Of a stretch of DNA of 32,000 nt, positions 1-7,832 are shown piece by piece. Both the position numbers and the translations under genes were made by a program. Position 1 is the stretch's first letter, and the number at the start of each line of letters is the position of its first letter. The notes beneath the pieces were generated by a model, which was not told the origin of the DNA, ran no database searches, and worked only from the letters and a program-made list of their open reading frames with translations. Source of the stretch: Egibacteraceae bacterium (GTDB taxonomy: Bacteria > Actinomycetota > Nitriliruptoria > Euzebyales > Egibacteraceae); assembly GCA_040905805.1 (NCBI GenBank), contig JBBDQS010000048.1, forward strand, positions 1 to 32,000. The letters run 5' to 3'.

Positions 1-424
1 CCCCCCCACACCCGGCACAGCAGAGAATCGCCCTCGCGGGCTCGGGCGATTCACGAGTCAGCCGGGTGTCGCTCATCAGGCCCGCCTCACCTCCACCGCT
101 TGCTCCGACGCGTGCATCATAACCCGGGGCTCCACCGTGACCGCTTGCCGGTTCCGACGAGATGCCTGGTACGGGCGCTACCGCTGCGCGACGTGGGCGC
201 CTGGGGGCTGAGCTCGGCCGCCGGCAGAATTCCCCCCCTGACACTGGTGTGGAGTTGTATGATGCTGCTCCTTGCAACGTCGCGGTGCCCACCACGGTGG
301 CGTCCGCGGGCTCTGTTCCAAGGGACCGAGGTGTGCGGCGGGCAGGGTCGGGAGGCGAGCGAGCGACCGGGGCGGCTTGGCAGCGTGCCACCGCCGGTCC
401 GGCGCTCGGGCGAGGGGTCGGAGC

Positions 425-1195
425 ATGAAGCTGTCAGGTCGGGTCGCCCTGGTCACCGGGGCATCGCGTGGGATCGGGCGGGCCATCGCGTCGGCGCTCG
501 CGGCGGAGGGTGCGGCGGTGGCGGTCAACTACCGCTCCCGTCAATCCGAGGCCGACGAGGTCGTGCGCGAGATCGAGGATGGCGGAGGCAAGGCGATCGC
601 GGTCGGCGGCGACGTGGCCGACTACGAGGCGGCCGGCCGCATCGTCGAGGAGACCATCGGCGGGCTCGGCGGGTTGCACGTGCTCGTGAACAACGCGGGA
701 ATCGCTCGCGACGCGCTGATCTTCAACATGGAGCCCGAGGACTGGCTCGACGTCATGAAGGTCAACTTCGGCGGCGTGTTCAACTGCACGAAGGCCGTCA
801 TGTCCCACTTCATGGCGCAGCGAGACGGCGTCATCGTCAACATCTCCTCGGTCATGGGCGAACGCGGATGGACCGGCGAGTCGAACTACGCCGCCTCCAA
901 AGCCGCGGTCAACGCTTTCACCCGGTGCGCCTCCCTCGAGCTCGCGCGCTTCGGCATCCGCGTGAACGCGGTCCTGCCCGGCTTCGCCCCCACGGACCTC
1001 GTCGCCGGCCTCGTCGAGCGTGACGGCGGCAAGGGCATCAAGAAGCAGCTGCCGATGCGCGCGCTCGGCAAGGTCGAGGAGATCGCCAACGTCGCGACCT
1101 TCCTCGCCGGACCCGACTCGAGCTACATGACCGGCACCCTGGTCCCCGTCGACGGTGGCGCACAGGCGGTGCTGGGCCTCGGCCGGCCGGACTAG
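425..1195 (+). CDS. fabG: 3-oxoacyl-ACP reductase (FabG-like SDR ketoreductase)
   Basis: ATG at 425 gives MKLSGRVALVTGASRGIGRAI, with NNAG, the ISS Ser and YAASK motifs. The ORF track start at 272 is an upstream extension. Confidence 0.93.
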   Translation: MKLSGRVALVTGASRGIGRAIASALAAEGAAVAVNYRSRQSEADEVVREIEDGGGKAIAVGGDVADYEAAGRIVEETIGGLGGLHVLVNNAGIARDALIFNMEPEDWLDVMKVNFGGVFNCTKAVMSHFMAQRDGVIVNISSVMGERGWTGESNYAASKAAVNAFTRCASLELARFGIRVNAVLPGFAPTDLVAGLVERDGGKGIKKQLPMRALGKVEEIANVATFLAGPDSSYMTGTLVPVDGGAQAVLGLGRPD

Positions 1196-1236
1196 GTTCC
1201 TCCGCAGGAGCTCCGCTACAGGAAAGGATCCGAGAA

Positions 1237-1647
1237 ATGACGCAGTTGACGAAAGACAAGATCAGCAGCGAGGTGCAGACGGCCGTGGCCGAGGCGCTCG
1301 CCCTCGAGGACGACGAGGTGACACTGGACGCCACCCTGATGGACGAGCTCGGCGCCGAGTCGATCGACCTGCTCGACATCCTGTTCCGGCTCGAACGGTC
1401 CCTCGGTGTGAAGATCCAGGCCTCGGACCTGGCCGACCACCTCCAGGGCGGCATCCCCGACGAGGAGTTCTCCGACGAGAACGAGATCATCAACGATCGC
1501 GGTCTGGCCCAGCTGAAGACCGCCATGCCGCAGATCGACACCGACGAGCTGTCGGGCAACCTCAAGGCCGAGGACGTCATCAACCTGTTCACGGTCCAGA
1601 ACCTGGTGGACATGGTCGCGGCCCGTGCCGAAACCTCCGCCGGCTGA
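1237..1647 (+). CDS. acyl carrier protein, unusually long (136 aa)
   Basis: GAESIDLLDILFRLE phosphopantetheine motif and C-terminal TVQNLVDMV helix. There is an insertion between helices II and III. Confidence 0.88.
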   Translation: MTQLTKDKISSEVQTAVAEALALEDDEVTLDATLMDELGAESIDLLDILFRLERSLGVKIQASDLADHLQGGIPDEEFSDENEIINDRGLAQLKTAMPQIDTDELSGNLKAEDVINLFTVQNLVDMVAARAETSAG

Positions 1648-2041
1648 GGGCGAGCAGGCCAGTCCGACCATTCGGGTCGGCATCGACATCGTCAGCATCG
1701 GTCGGGTCGAGCGCTTGCTGAGCGAGCAGCCCGCCGTCACGCAACGGGTGTTCACCGATCGCGAGCTCGAAGGCCTCGGCGGTCGTCGGCGGGTCCAACG
1801 GTTGGCCGGGCGCTTCGCCGCGAAGGAGGCGGTGCTGAAGGCCTTCGGCACCGGCCTCGGCCCGAGGATGAACTGGACCGACGTGGAGATCACGAGCGAA
1901 CCGGGTGGCCGACCCAGGGTGCGCCTGGGCGGGGCGGTGGCGGCGGCGGCACGACGCGGCGGGCTCGCGTCCGTGGACGTCTCCGTGGCGCACACCGGCG
2001 ATCTCGCCGTCGCCCACGCCATCGCGGTCTACCCGCGCTGA
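1625..2041 (+). CDS. acpS: holo-ACP synthase (4'-phosphopantetheinyl transferase, AcpS type)
   Basis: VGIDIVSIGRVERLL, FTDRELE and RLAGRFAAKEAVLKAFGTG motifs. GTG start overlaps the end of the ACP gene. Confidence 0.9.
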   Translation: MPKPPPAEGEQASPTIRVGIDIVSIGRVERLLSEQPAVTQRVFTDRELEGLGGRRRVQRLAGRFAAKEAVLKAFGTGLGPRMNWTDVEITSEPGGRPRVRLGGAVAAAARRGGLASVDVSVAHTGDLAVAHAIAVYPR

Positions 2042-2057
2042 ATCGGGAGGCAAGAGG

Positions 2058-2510
2058 ATGCGCTTTCATCTCATCGACCGGATCGACAGCTACGAGCCGT
2101 CGACCGTCGTGCGGGCACGCAAGGTGACGTCGGTGAGCGAGTCGTACTGGGAGGACTCGCCGGCGGGCCCGATCATGCCCCCGCCGCTCGTGCTCGAGGC
2201 GCTGTGCCAGGCGGGGACCTGGCTGATCATGATCTCCACCGACACGCGCAAGCGCGCCGCGTTGCTCTCCGTCGCGTCGGTGTCCTTCCTCGCCGACGTG
2301 GAACCCGGAGATGTGATCGACCTCGTCGGCACGGTCGAGTCCATGACCGACGAGATGGCGGTTCTCTCGGGGACGGCCACCGTCGGGGACACCGCGGTGA
2401 TGGAGGCCCGCGACATCATGTGCGCGCTGATCGACGCCGAGGACCTCCAGGGCATCGAGGACACCAACCGCCTGCGCGACACGCTCCTGCGCGACGTGGT
2501 GGCGACATGA
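2058..2510 (+). CDS. hot-dog fold 3-hydroxyacyl-ACP dehydratase-like subunit A (FabZ-like; Glu kept, His absent)
   Basis: SESYWEDSPAGPIMPPPLVLEALCQAG aligns with the FabZ GHFPGxPIMPGVLxxEAMAQ motif. Confidence 0.8.
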   Translation: MRFHLIDRIDSYEPSTVVRARKVTSVSESYWEDSPAGPIMPPPLVLEALCQAGTWLIMISTDTRKRAALLSVASVSFLADVEPGDVIDLVGTVESMTDEMAVLSGTATVGDTAVMEARDIMCALIDAEDLQGIEDTNRLRDTLLRDVVAT

Positions 2511-3778
2511 AGCGGGTGGCGATCACCGGGATCGGTGCGGTCACGCCGCTCGGCAACGACGCCAAGACGACCTGGGCGGGGCTGATCGAGGGTCGCAGCG
2601 GCGTCACCCGGATCAGCACGTTCGACCCCGAGGGCTTCCCCGTGCGCATCGCCGGGACCGTGACCGACTTCGAGCTGGACCCGAGCTACGCCGACGAGAG
2701 CATGCGACGCCACCTGTCCCGCTCGGCGTCGTTCGGCCTGGCGGCCGCCGCCGAGGCGCTCGACTCCGCCGGGCTCGCCGACGCCTACCCGCCCGCGAGC
2801 CGCGGCGTGTCGGTCGCCAGCAGCGTGGGCCGACCGGAGCTGCAAGAGGTCAGCGACATCCTCGAGGAGTACGCCCGCACCGAGGGACGGCGGGTCCCGA
2901 GACAGTCGCCGTCCAGCGTCTTGCTGCGCGACCAGAACGTGGGCGCCCTGGCCATCAGCCGCTACGGTGACTGCCAGGGTCCGATGGTGAACATCAGCAC
3001 GGCCTGCGCCGGCGCGGTGCACGCGATCGGCGAGGGCTTCCGCCTGGTCCAGGAGGGCGACGCGAGCATGGTCGTCACCGGTGGGTACGACGCCCTGACG
3101 ACGTGGATGGACGTGTTGGGCTTCGCCCTCCTGGGGGCCCTGACGACCGAGTATGAGGACGAGCCGGAGCGCGCGTCACGGCCCTTCAGCGCCGACCGGG
3201 CCGGCTTCGTGATCGGCGAGGGGTCCGTCATGGTCGTGCTCGAGGACCTCGACGGCGCCCGCGGGCGGGGCGCACCCATCCTCGCCGAGCTCGCCGGATA
3301 CGGCAGCAGCATGAACGCCTACCGGATCACCGACGCGCCGTCGGACGGCAAGGGACCGGACGCCGCCATGGCCGCGGCCCTGCGGGAGTCGGGTCTCGAC
3401 GCCACCGACATCCACTACATCGCCGGTCACGGCACGGGAACCGCGGGCAACGACCTCTGCGAGACCGTCGCGATCAAGACGGTCTTCGGGCCGCACGCGT
3501 ACGACCTGGCGATCAGCTCCACGAAGTCGATGGCGGGCCACCTCACGTCTGGGGCCGGCGGTCTCGGGCTCCTGGCGACGATGGGCGCGGTGCGCGAACA
3601 CGTCGTCCCCCCGACGATCAACCTGGAGACGCCCGACCCGAAGCTGGACCTCGACTACGTCCCGAACACGGCCAGGCCGATGCGCGTCGACGCGGCGCTC
3701 GTCAACGCCTTCGCCTTCGGCGGCACCAACGCGGCGCTGGTCGTCCGCCGGTCCGACCCCGACGACGTGGAAGGTTGA
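2507..3778 (+). CDS. beta-ketoacyl-ACP synthase (FabF-like), catalytic Cys/His/His present
   Basis: MKRVAITGIGAVTPLG; NISTACAGAVHAIG; AGHGTGTAGND; STKSMAGHLTSGAG. ATGA overlap with the preceding gene. Confidence 0.93.
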   Translation: MKRVAITGIGAVTPLGNDAKTTWAGLIEGRSGVTRISTFDPEGFPVRIAGTVTDFELDPSYADESMRRHLSRSASFGLAAAAEALDSAGLADAYPPASRGVSVASSVGRPELQEVSDILEEYARTEGRRVPRQSPSSVLLRDQNVGALAISRYGDCQGPMVNISTACAGAVHAIGEGFRLVQEGDASMVVTGGYDALTTWMDVLGFALLGALTTEYEDEPERASRPFSADRAGFVIGEGSVMVVLEDLDGARGRGAPILAELAGYGSSMNAYRITDAPSDGKGPDAAMAAALRESGLDATDIHYIAGHGTGTAGNDLCETVAIKTVFGPHAYDLAISSTKSMAGHLTSGAGGLGLLATMGAVREHVVPPTINLETPDPKLDLDYVPNTARPMRVDAALVNAFAFGGTNAALVVRRSDPDDVEG

Positions 3779-3783
3779 GTCCC

Positions 3784-4185
3784 GTGCCTGCGCCCCTGGT
3801 CGTCCTCGACCGCGTCCTGAGCCTCGAGCGCGGGAAGCGCGGCAGCGCCATCCGCAACGTGCCGAACAGCCTGATTATCTTCGACACCCATTTCCCCCGC
3901 TTCCCGGTCCTGCCCGGCGTGCTGATTCTCGGCAGCATGGGCCTGCTCGCCGCGAAGGTGCTCGACGAGGGGGACGGGTGGTGGCGTCTCGCCCAGGCCG
4001 AGCGCGTGCGCTTCCGCCACTTCGTGCAACCCGGTGACCAGCTCGCCCTGTCCATCGAGGTCAAGGACGCCACGGCGTCCACGGCGACCTGCACGGCGAC
4101 CGCCAGCGTCGACGGCAAACCCGTCACGACGGTCGGCCGGCTGCGGATGGCCCGGGCGGAGCACGCCGAAGGGGGTGCTCGGTGA
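3784..4185 (+). CDS. hot-dog fold 3-hydroxyacyl-ACP dehydratase-like subunit B (FabZ-like; His kept, Glu absent)
   Basis: FDTHFPRFPVLPGVLILGSMGLLAAK aligns with FabZ. GTG at 3784 is preceded by a GGAAGG-like RBS; TTG at 3775 is an alternative start. Confidence 0.82.
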   Translation: MPAPLVVLDRVLSLERGKRGSAIRNVPNSLIIFDTHFPRFPVLPGVLILGSMGLLAAKVLDEGDGWWRLAQAERVRFRHFVQPGDQLALSIEVKDATASTATCTATASVDGKPVTTVGRLRMARAEHAEGGAR

Positions 4186-5456
4186 GAGACGTCGTCGTCA
4201 CGGGCGTCGGCGTGCTCACCGCCCTCGGCGTCGGCGCGGAGGCGACGTGGAGCGGTCTCGTGGAGGGGCGCAGCGGGATCGGGCCGCTCGAAGGGTTCGA
4301 CGCGTCGACCCTGCACACGCGCATCGGTGCCGAGATTTCCGACTTCGACCCCACGGCGTTCGCCGAGCGGCGTTCGCTGCGGCTCATGACCCGCAACGAG
4401 CAGTTCGCCACCGCCGCCGCCAAGCTCGCCGTCGCGGACGCGGGGGCCGACCTGACCACCATCGACCCCTTGCGCACGGCGGCCTTCCTCGGTGGCAACA
4501 AGGAGATCTCCAACCCGATGAAGGTCGCCGACGCGATCCTCGCCTCACGCGGCCCCGACGGCGTGGCGACGATGGCCCGGCTGGCAACCGACGGTGTCAA
4601 GCAGTTCCACCCGTTGTTCTACGTCGAGGGCCTGCAGGCAGGGGCGCTGTTCTACGTCTCGGAGGCGTTCGGGATGAAGGGCGCCAACGCCTACTTCCAC
4701 GGCACCGCGGACTCGGGGATGACCGCGATCGGGCGGGCCTTCCGCGCCGTCCGCCGCGGCGAGGCGGACGTCGCCGTCGCCGGGGGGTTCGACGAAGCGG
4801 TCTCCTGGTGGTCGATGGCCAAGATGGACGGGCTCGGGGTGCTTTCCACCCGCAACGACCTCGGCGCCGAGGCCTTCCGGCCCTACGACCGCGACCGCAG
4901 CGGCTCGGTGCTCGGCGAGGGAGCGGCCGTCGTCGTGCTGGAGACCGCCGAGCAGGCCAAGGCCCGCGACGCCAACGTGTACGCCAAGGTCGTGGGCTTC
5001 GGCGGGGGCAACGACGCGGAAGGCCTGCTGACCCCCAATCCCGAAGGCCGTGGTCTGGTCAACGCGGTCCGTGCCGCCCTGCGCGACGCCGGCGACGACC
5101 TCGGCGCGATCGACTACGTGGCCACGCACGGGGCCGCGACCCGGCTGGGCGACCCGAGCGAGACGCTCGCCCTGCGCACGGCCCTCGGTGCGGCCGCAGA
5201 CGACGTGATGGCGAGCAGCATCAAGCCGGCCACCGGCCACCTCGTCGCGGCGGCCGGCGCACTCAACGTCGCCGTGGCGGCGCTGGCGGTCCGCCACGGT
5301 GTGGTGCCGCCGACGCTCAACCTCACGGACCCGGACCGCCACTGCGACCTCGACTGGGTCCCCGGGTCGGCGCGCGAGACCCCGGTCAACGGCGCCCTCG
5401 CGCTCGCGCGCGGCCTCGAGGGCCAGAACGTCGCGCTCGCCTTGCGGGCGGTGTGA
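4182..5456 (+). CDS. ketosynthase-fold protein without nucleophilic Cys (KS-beta / chain-length-factor-like)
   Basis: MRDVVVTGVGVLTALG KS fold; nucleophile elbow reads GANAYFHGTADSGMTAIG with Ala in the Cys position; THGAATRLGDPSE and SSIKPATGHLVAAAG retained. Confidence 0.88.
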   Translation: MRDVVVTGVGVLTALGVGAEATWSGLVEGRSGIGPLEGFDASTLHTRIGAEISDFDPTAFAERRSLRLMTRNEQFATAAAKLAVADAGADLTTIDPLRTAAFLGGNKEISNPMKVADAILASRGPDGVATMARLATDGVKQFHPLFYVEGLQAGALFYVSEAFGMKGANAYFHGTADSGMTAIGRAFRAVRRGEADVAVAGGFDEAVSWWSMAKMDGLGVLSTRNDLGAEAFRPYDRDRSGSVLGEGAAVVVLETAEQAKARDANVYAKVVGFGGGNDAEGLLTPNPEGRGLVNAVRAALRDAGDDLGAIDYVATHGAATRLGDPSETLALRTALGAAADDVMASSIKPATGHLVAAAGALNVAVAALAVRHGVVPPTLNLTDPDRHCDLDWVPGSARETPVNGALALARGLEGQNVALALRAV

Positions 5457-5480
5457 CAACCACAGACAGGAGGAGATCCG

Positions 5481-7823
5481 ATGGCGACAGAGACTTCCCA
5501 CCCGGTTCGGGTGATGGTCGCGGGCCTCGGGGCCGTCACGTCCCAGGGCGCGACGCAGGCGTCGTTCTGGGATGGGGTCAAGAACGGGCGGGTGGCGATC
5601 CGTCCCGTCAACCACCTGCCCATGGACGGCTACCGTACGCGGATCGCGGGCGAGGTCGCCGAGGTCCCCACGCCCAAGCACGACTACCTCAGGCCGGGTG
5701 GCTTCTCCGACCGTGCCTACGACTTCGCGCTCACCGCGGCCGAGGAGGCATTCGACGCCGCGGGCATCGACTTCGACGCCGTTGCCCCTGAGCGCTGGGG
5801 GGTGGTCGTCGGCACCTGCAACGCGGGGCTCCTGAGCGGCGCCCACTGGTTCCGCCAGCGCATGAACAACCGGGAACCCGACCCGAGGCTCGTGCTGCTC
5901 GTGCCGCCGCAAGCCATCGCCGAGGCGATCGCCGGGGCGTACGGGTTGCGGGGCCCCGTCCTGTCGGTGGACACCGCCTGCGCCGCCGGGGCGAACGCCA
6001 TCGGCTACGGCGCCGAGCTCATCCGCCGCGGTCAGGCCGACGCCGTCGTGACCGGGGGCACCGACGGACTCTCAGACGTCCTCCTGGCCGGGTTCAACTC
6101 GCTCGAGTCGCTCTCGCCCGAGCCGGCCGCGCCGTACTCGAAGGACCGCCAGGGCCTGTCACTCGGTGAGGGCAGCGGCATGCTGGTGCTCGTCCGCGAC
6201 GACATCGCCGAGCGGCTCGGCGCCCCCATGCTGGCTGAGGTCGCGGGCTACAGCCTGTCGGCGGACGGCTACCACGCGACGGCACCGCATCCGGAGGGCT
6301 TCGGGGCGGCACGGGCCATCCAGGGCGCGCTGCGCGCCGCGGGCGTCTCCACGGCCGACGTGGACTACGTGAACAGCCACGGCACCGGTACGTCGAAGAA
6401 CGACCCTGCGGAGACCAGGGCGACCAAGGTGGGGCTCGGCGAGGAGGACGCCCGGCGGGTCGCGGTGAGCAGCACCAAGTCCATGGTCGGGCACCTCCTC
6501 GGCGCCGCGGGGGCGGTGGAGGGCATCGTGACGGTCCGGGCGATCGAGGAGCAGCTCGCCCCGCCGACCGCCAACTTCACCGAGGCGGACCCGGACTGCG
6601 ACCTCGACTACGTGCCGAACGTGAACCGGGCCATGACCATCGACGTGGCGGTGTCGAACAACTTCGCCTTCGGCGGCGCCAACTGCTCCGTCGTGTTCAG
6701 AGCGCCCGGGGCCGCCGTTGCCGCCCACGCCGTCCCGCCGCCTGATCGGGTGGTGGTGACCGGGATCGGGGCCCTGACTGCGGCCGGGACGACGCTCGAG
6801 GCGCTGTACGAGGCGGCGGCCGGCGGCCGTGACCTCACCGTGTCCGAGGACGGCGTCCCACTCGGCCGGGTCGACGTGCGGCCGGGTGACTTCCTCACCC
6901 CCCGCGAGCGCAAGCGCGTCGATCGGCTCGGGGTCTTCTCGATCATCGCCGCCCGCTCGGCCCTCACCGACGCGGGCATCGAGATCGAGGAGGGCAACCG
7001 CGAGCGTGTCGGTGTGATCCTCGGCACCGGTGTCGGCCCGATGGAGTCGATGGAGGACTTCTCCGCTCCGCTGTTCGCCGAGGGGCCGCGAGCGGCCAAC
7101 CCCGCGATCTTCCCCAACACCGTGTACAACGCCGCGGCGGGACAGGTCGCCATCAAGGTCGGGGTGGTGGGTCCGACGACCACCGTCACGGCCGGCCATG
7201 CGGCAGGCTCGTCCTCGCTTGTCTGTGCCTACGACCTCGCGGCCGCAGACCATGCGGACGTGCTGATCGCGCTCGGGGCAGATGCGCTGACCGACACGGT
7301 CATCGCCGCCTACCGGGGGCTCGGGGTGCTGGGCGACGGCAGCGGGAAGGGCTTCCCGCTGGCGGAGGCCGGCGTGGCGCTGGTGTGCGAGCGCCATGGC
7401 GCCGCGGCGGCCCGGGGACACATCCCCTACGGGGAGATCCTCGGCTACGGGATCGCCTCCGACGGTCTCGGCATCGGACGGTGGGACCCTGAGGGAAACG
7501 GCATGGAGCGGGCGATGCGCCTGGCGTTGGAGCAGGCCGGGCTGGAGGCCGACCGGATCGAGGCGGTGTACGCGAGCGCCGCCGGGTTGGCGGAGGCCGA
7601 CGAGCCGGAGGCCGGCGCCATCCGGCGGGTGTTCGGCGACGGGGCCGAGGTCGTCGAGGTCAAGCGGCGGCTCGGGGAGCCGATGGGCGCCGGCGGCAGC
7701 CTGTGCGCGGCTCTGGCCCTGGAGGCGTTCCGGCGCGGGGACCGTGTGAATCCCGTCGTGGTCAACTCGAGCTCGCTCGGCGGCACGCACTTCGCGGTGG
7801 TGCTCGGCCCCGCCGGTGGATAG
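5481..7823 (+). CDS. fused double ketosynthase: N-terminal active KS and C-terminal degenerate KS/CLF-like domain (780 aa)
   Basis: First half has VDTACAAGANAIG, NSHGTGTSKND and SSTKSMVGHLLGAAG. After a linker at about residue 420, VVVTGIGALTAAG restarts a KS fold with VTAGHAAGSSS at the nucleophile elbow. Confidence 0.92.
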   Translation: MATETSHPVRVMVAGLGAVTSQGATQASFWDGVKNGRVAIRPVNHLPMDGYRTRIAGEVAEVPTPKHDYLRPGGFSDRAYDFALTAAEEAFDAAGIDFDAVAPERWGVVVGTCNAGLLSGAHWFRQRMNNREPDPRLVLLVPPQAIAEAIAGAYGLRGPVLSVDTACAAGANAIGYGAELIRRGQADAVVTGGTDGLSDVLLAGFNSLESLSPEPAAPYSKDRQGLSLGEGSGMLVLVRDDIAERLGAPMLAEVAGYSLSADGYHATAPHPEGFGAARAIQGALRAAGVSTADVDYVNSHGTGTSKNDPAETRATKVGLGEEDARRVAVSSTKSMVGHLLGAAGAVEGIVTVRAIEEQLAPPTANFTEADPDCDLDYVPNVNRAMTIDVAVSNNFAFGGANCSVVFRAPGAAVAAHAVPPPDRVVVTGIGALTAAGTTLEALYEAAAGGRDLTVSEDGVPLGRVDVRPGDFLTPRERKRVDRLGVFSIIAARSALTDAGIEIEEGNRERVGVILGTGVGPMESMEDFSAPLFAEGPRAANPAIFPNTVYNAAAGQVAIKVGVVGPTTTVTAGHAAGSSSLVCAYDLAAADHADVLIALGADALTDTVIAAYRGLGVLGDGSGKGFPLAEAGVALVCERHGAAAARGHIPYGEILGYGIASDGLGIGRWDPEGNGMERAMRLALEQAGLEADRIEAVYASAAGLAEADEPEAGAIRRVFGDGAEVVEVKRRLGEPMGAGGSLCAALALEAFRRGDRVNPVVVNSSSLGGTHFAVVLGPAGG

Positions 7824-7832
7824 ACCTCGGCG

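Noticed and set aside
238-263. Possible promoter CTGACA-N14-TATGAT upstream of fabG
   Set aside because: The spacer is 14 bp, too short for a standard sigma-70-type promoter, and support in a GC-rich background is weak. Needs TSS mapping.
4034-5791. 585-aa + strand ORF
   Set aside because: Alternate frame of the KS-beta gene; Arg/Ala/Gly-rich with no motifs.
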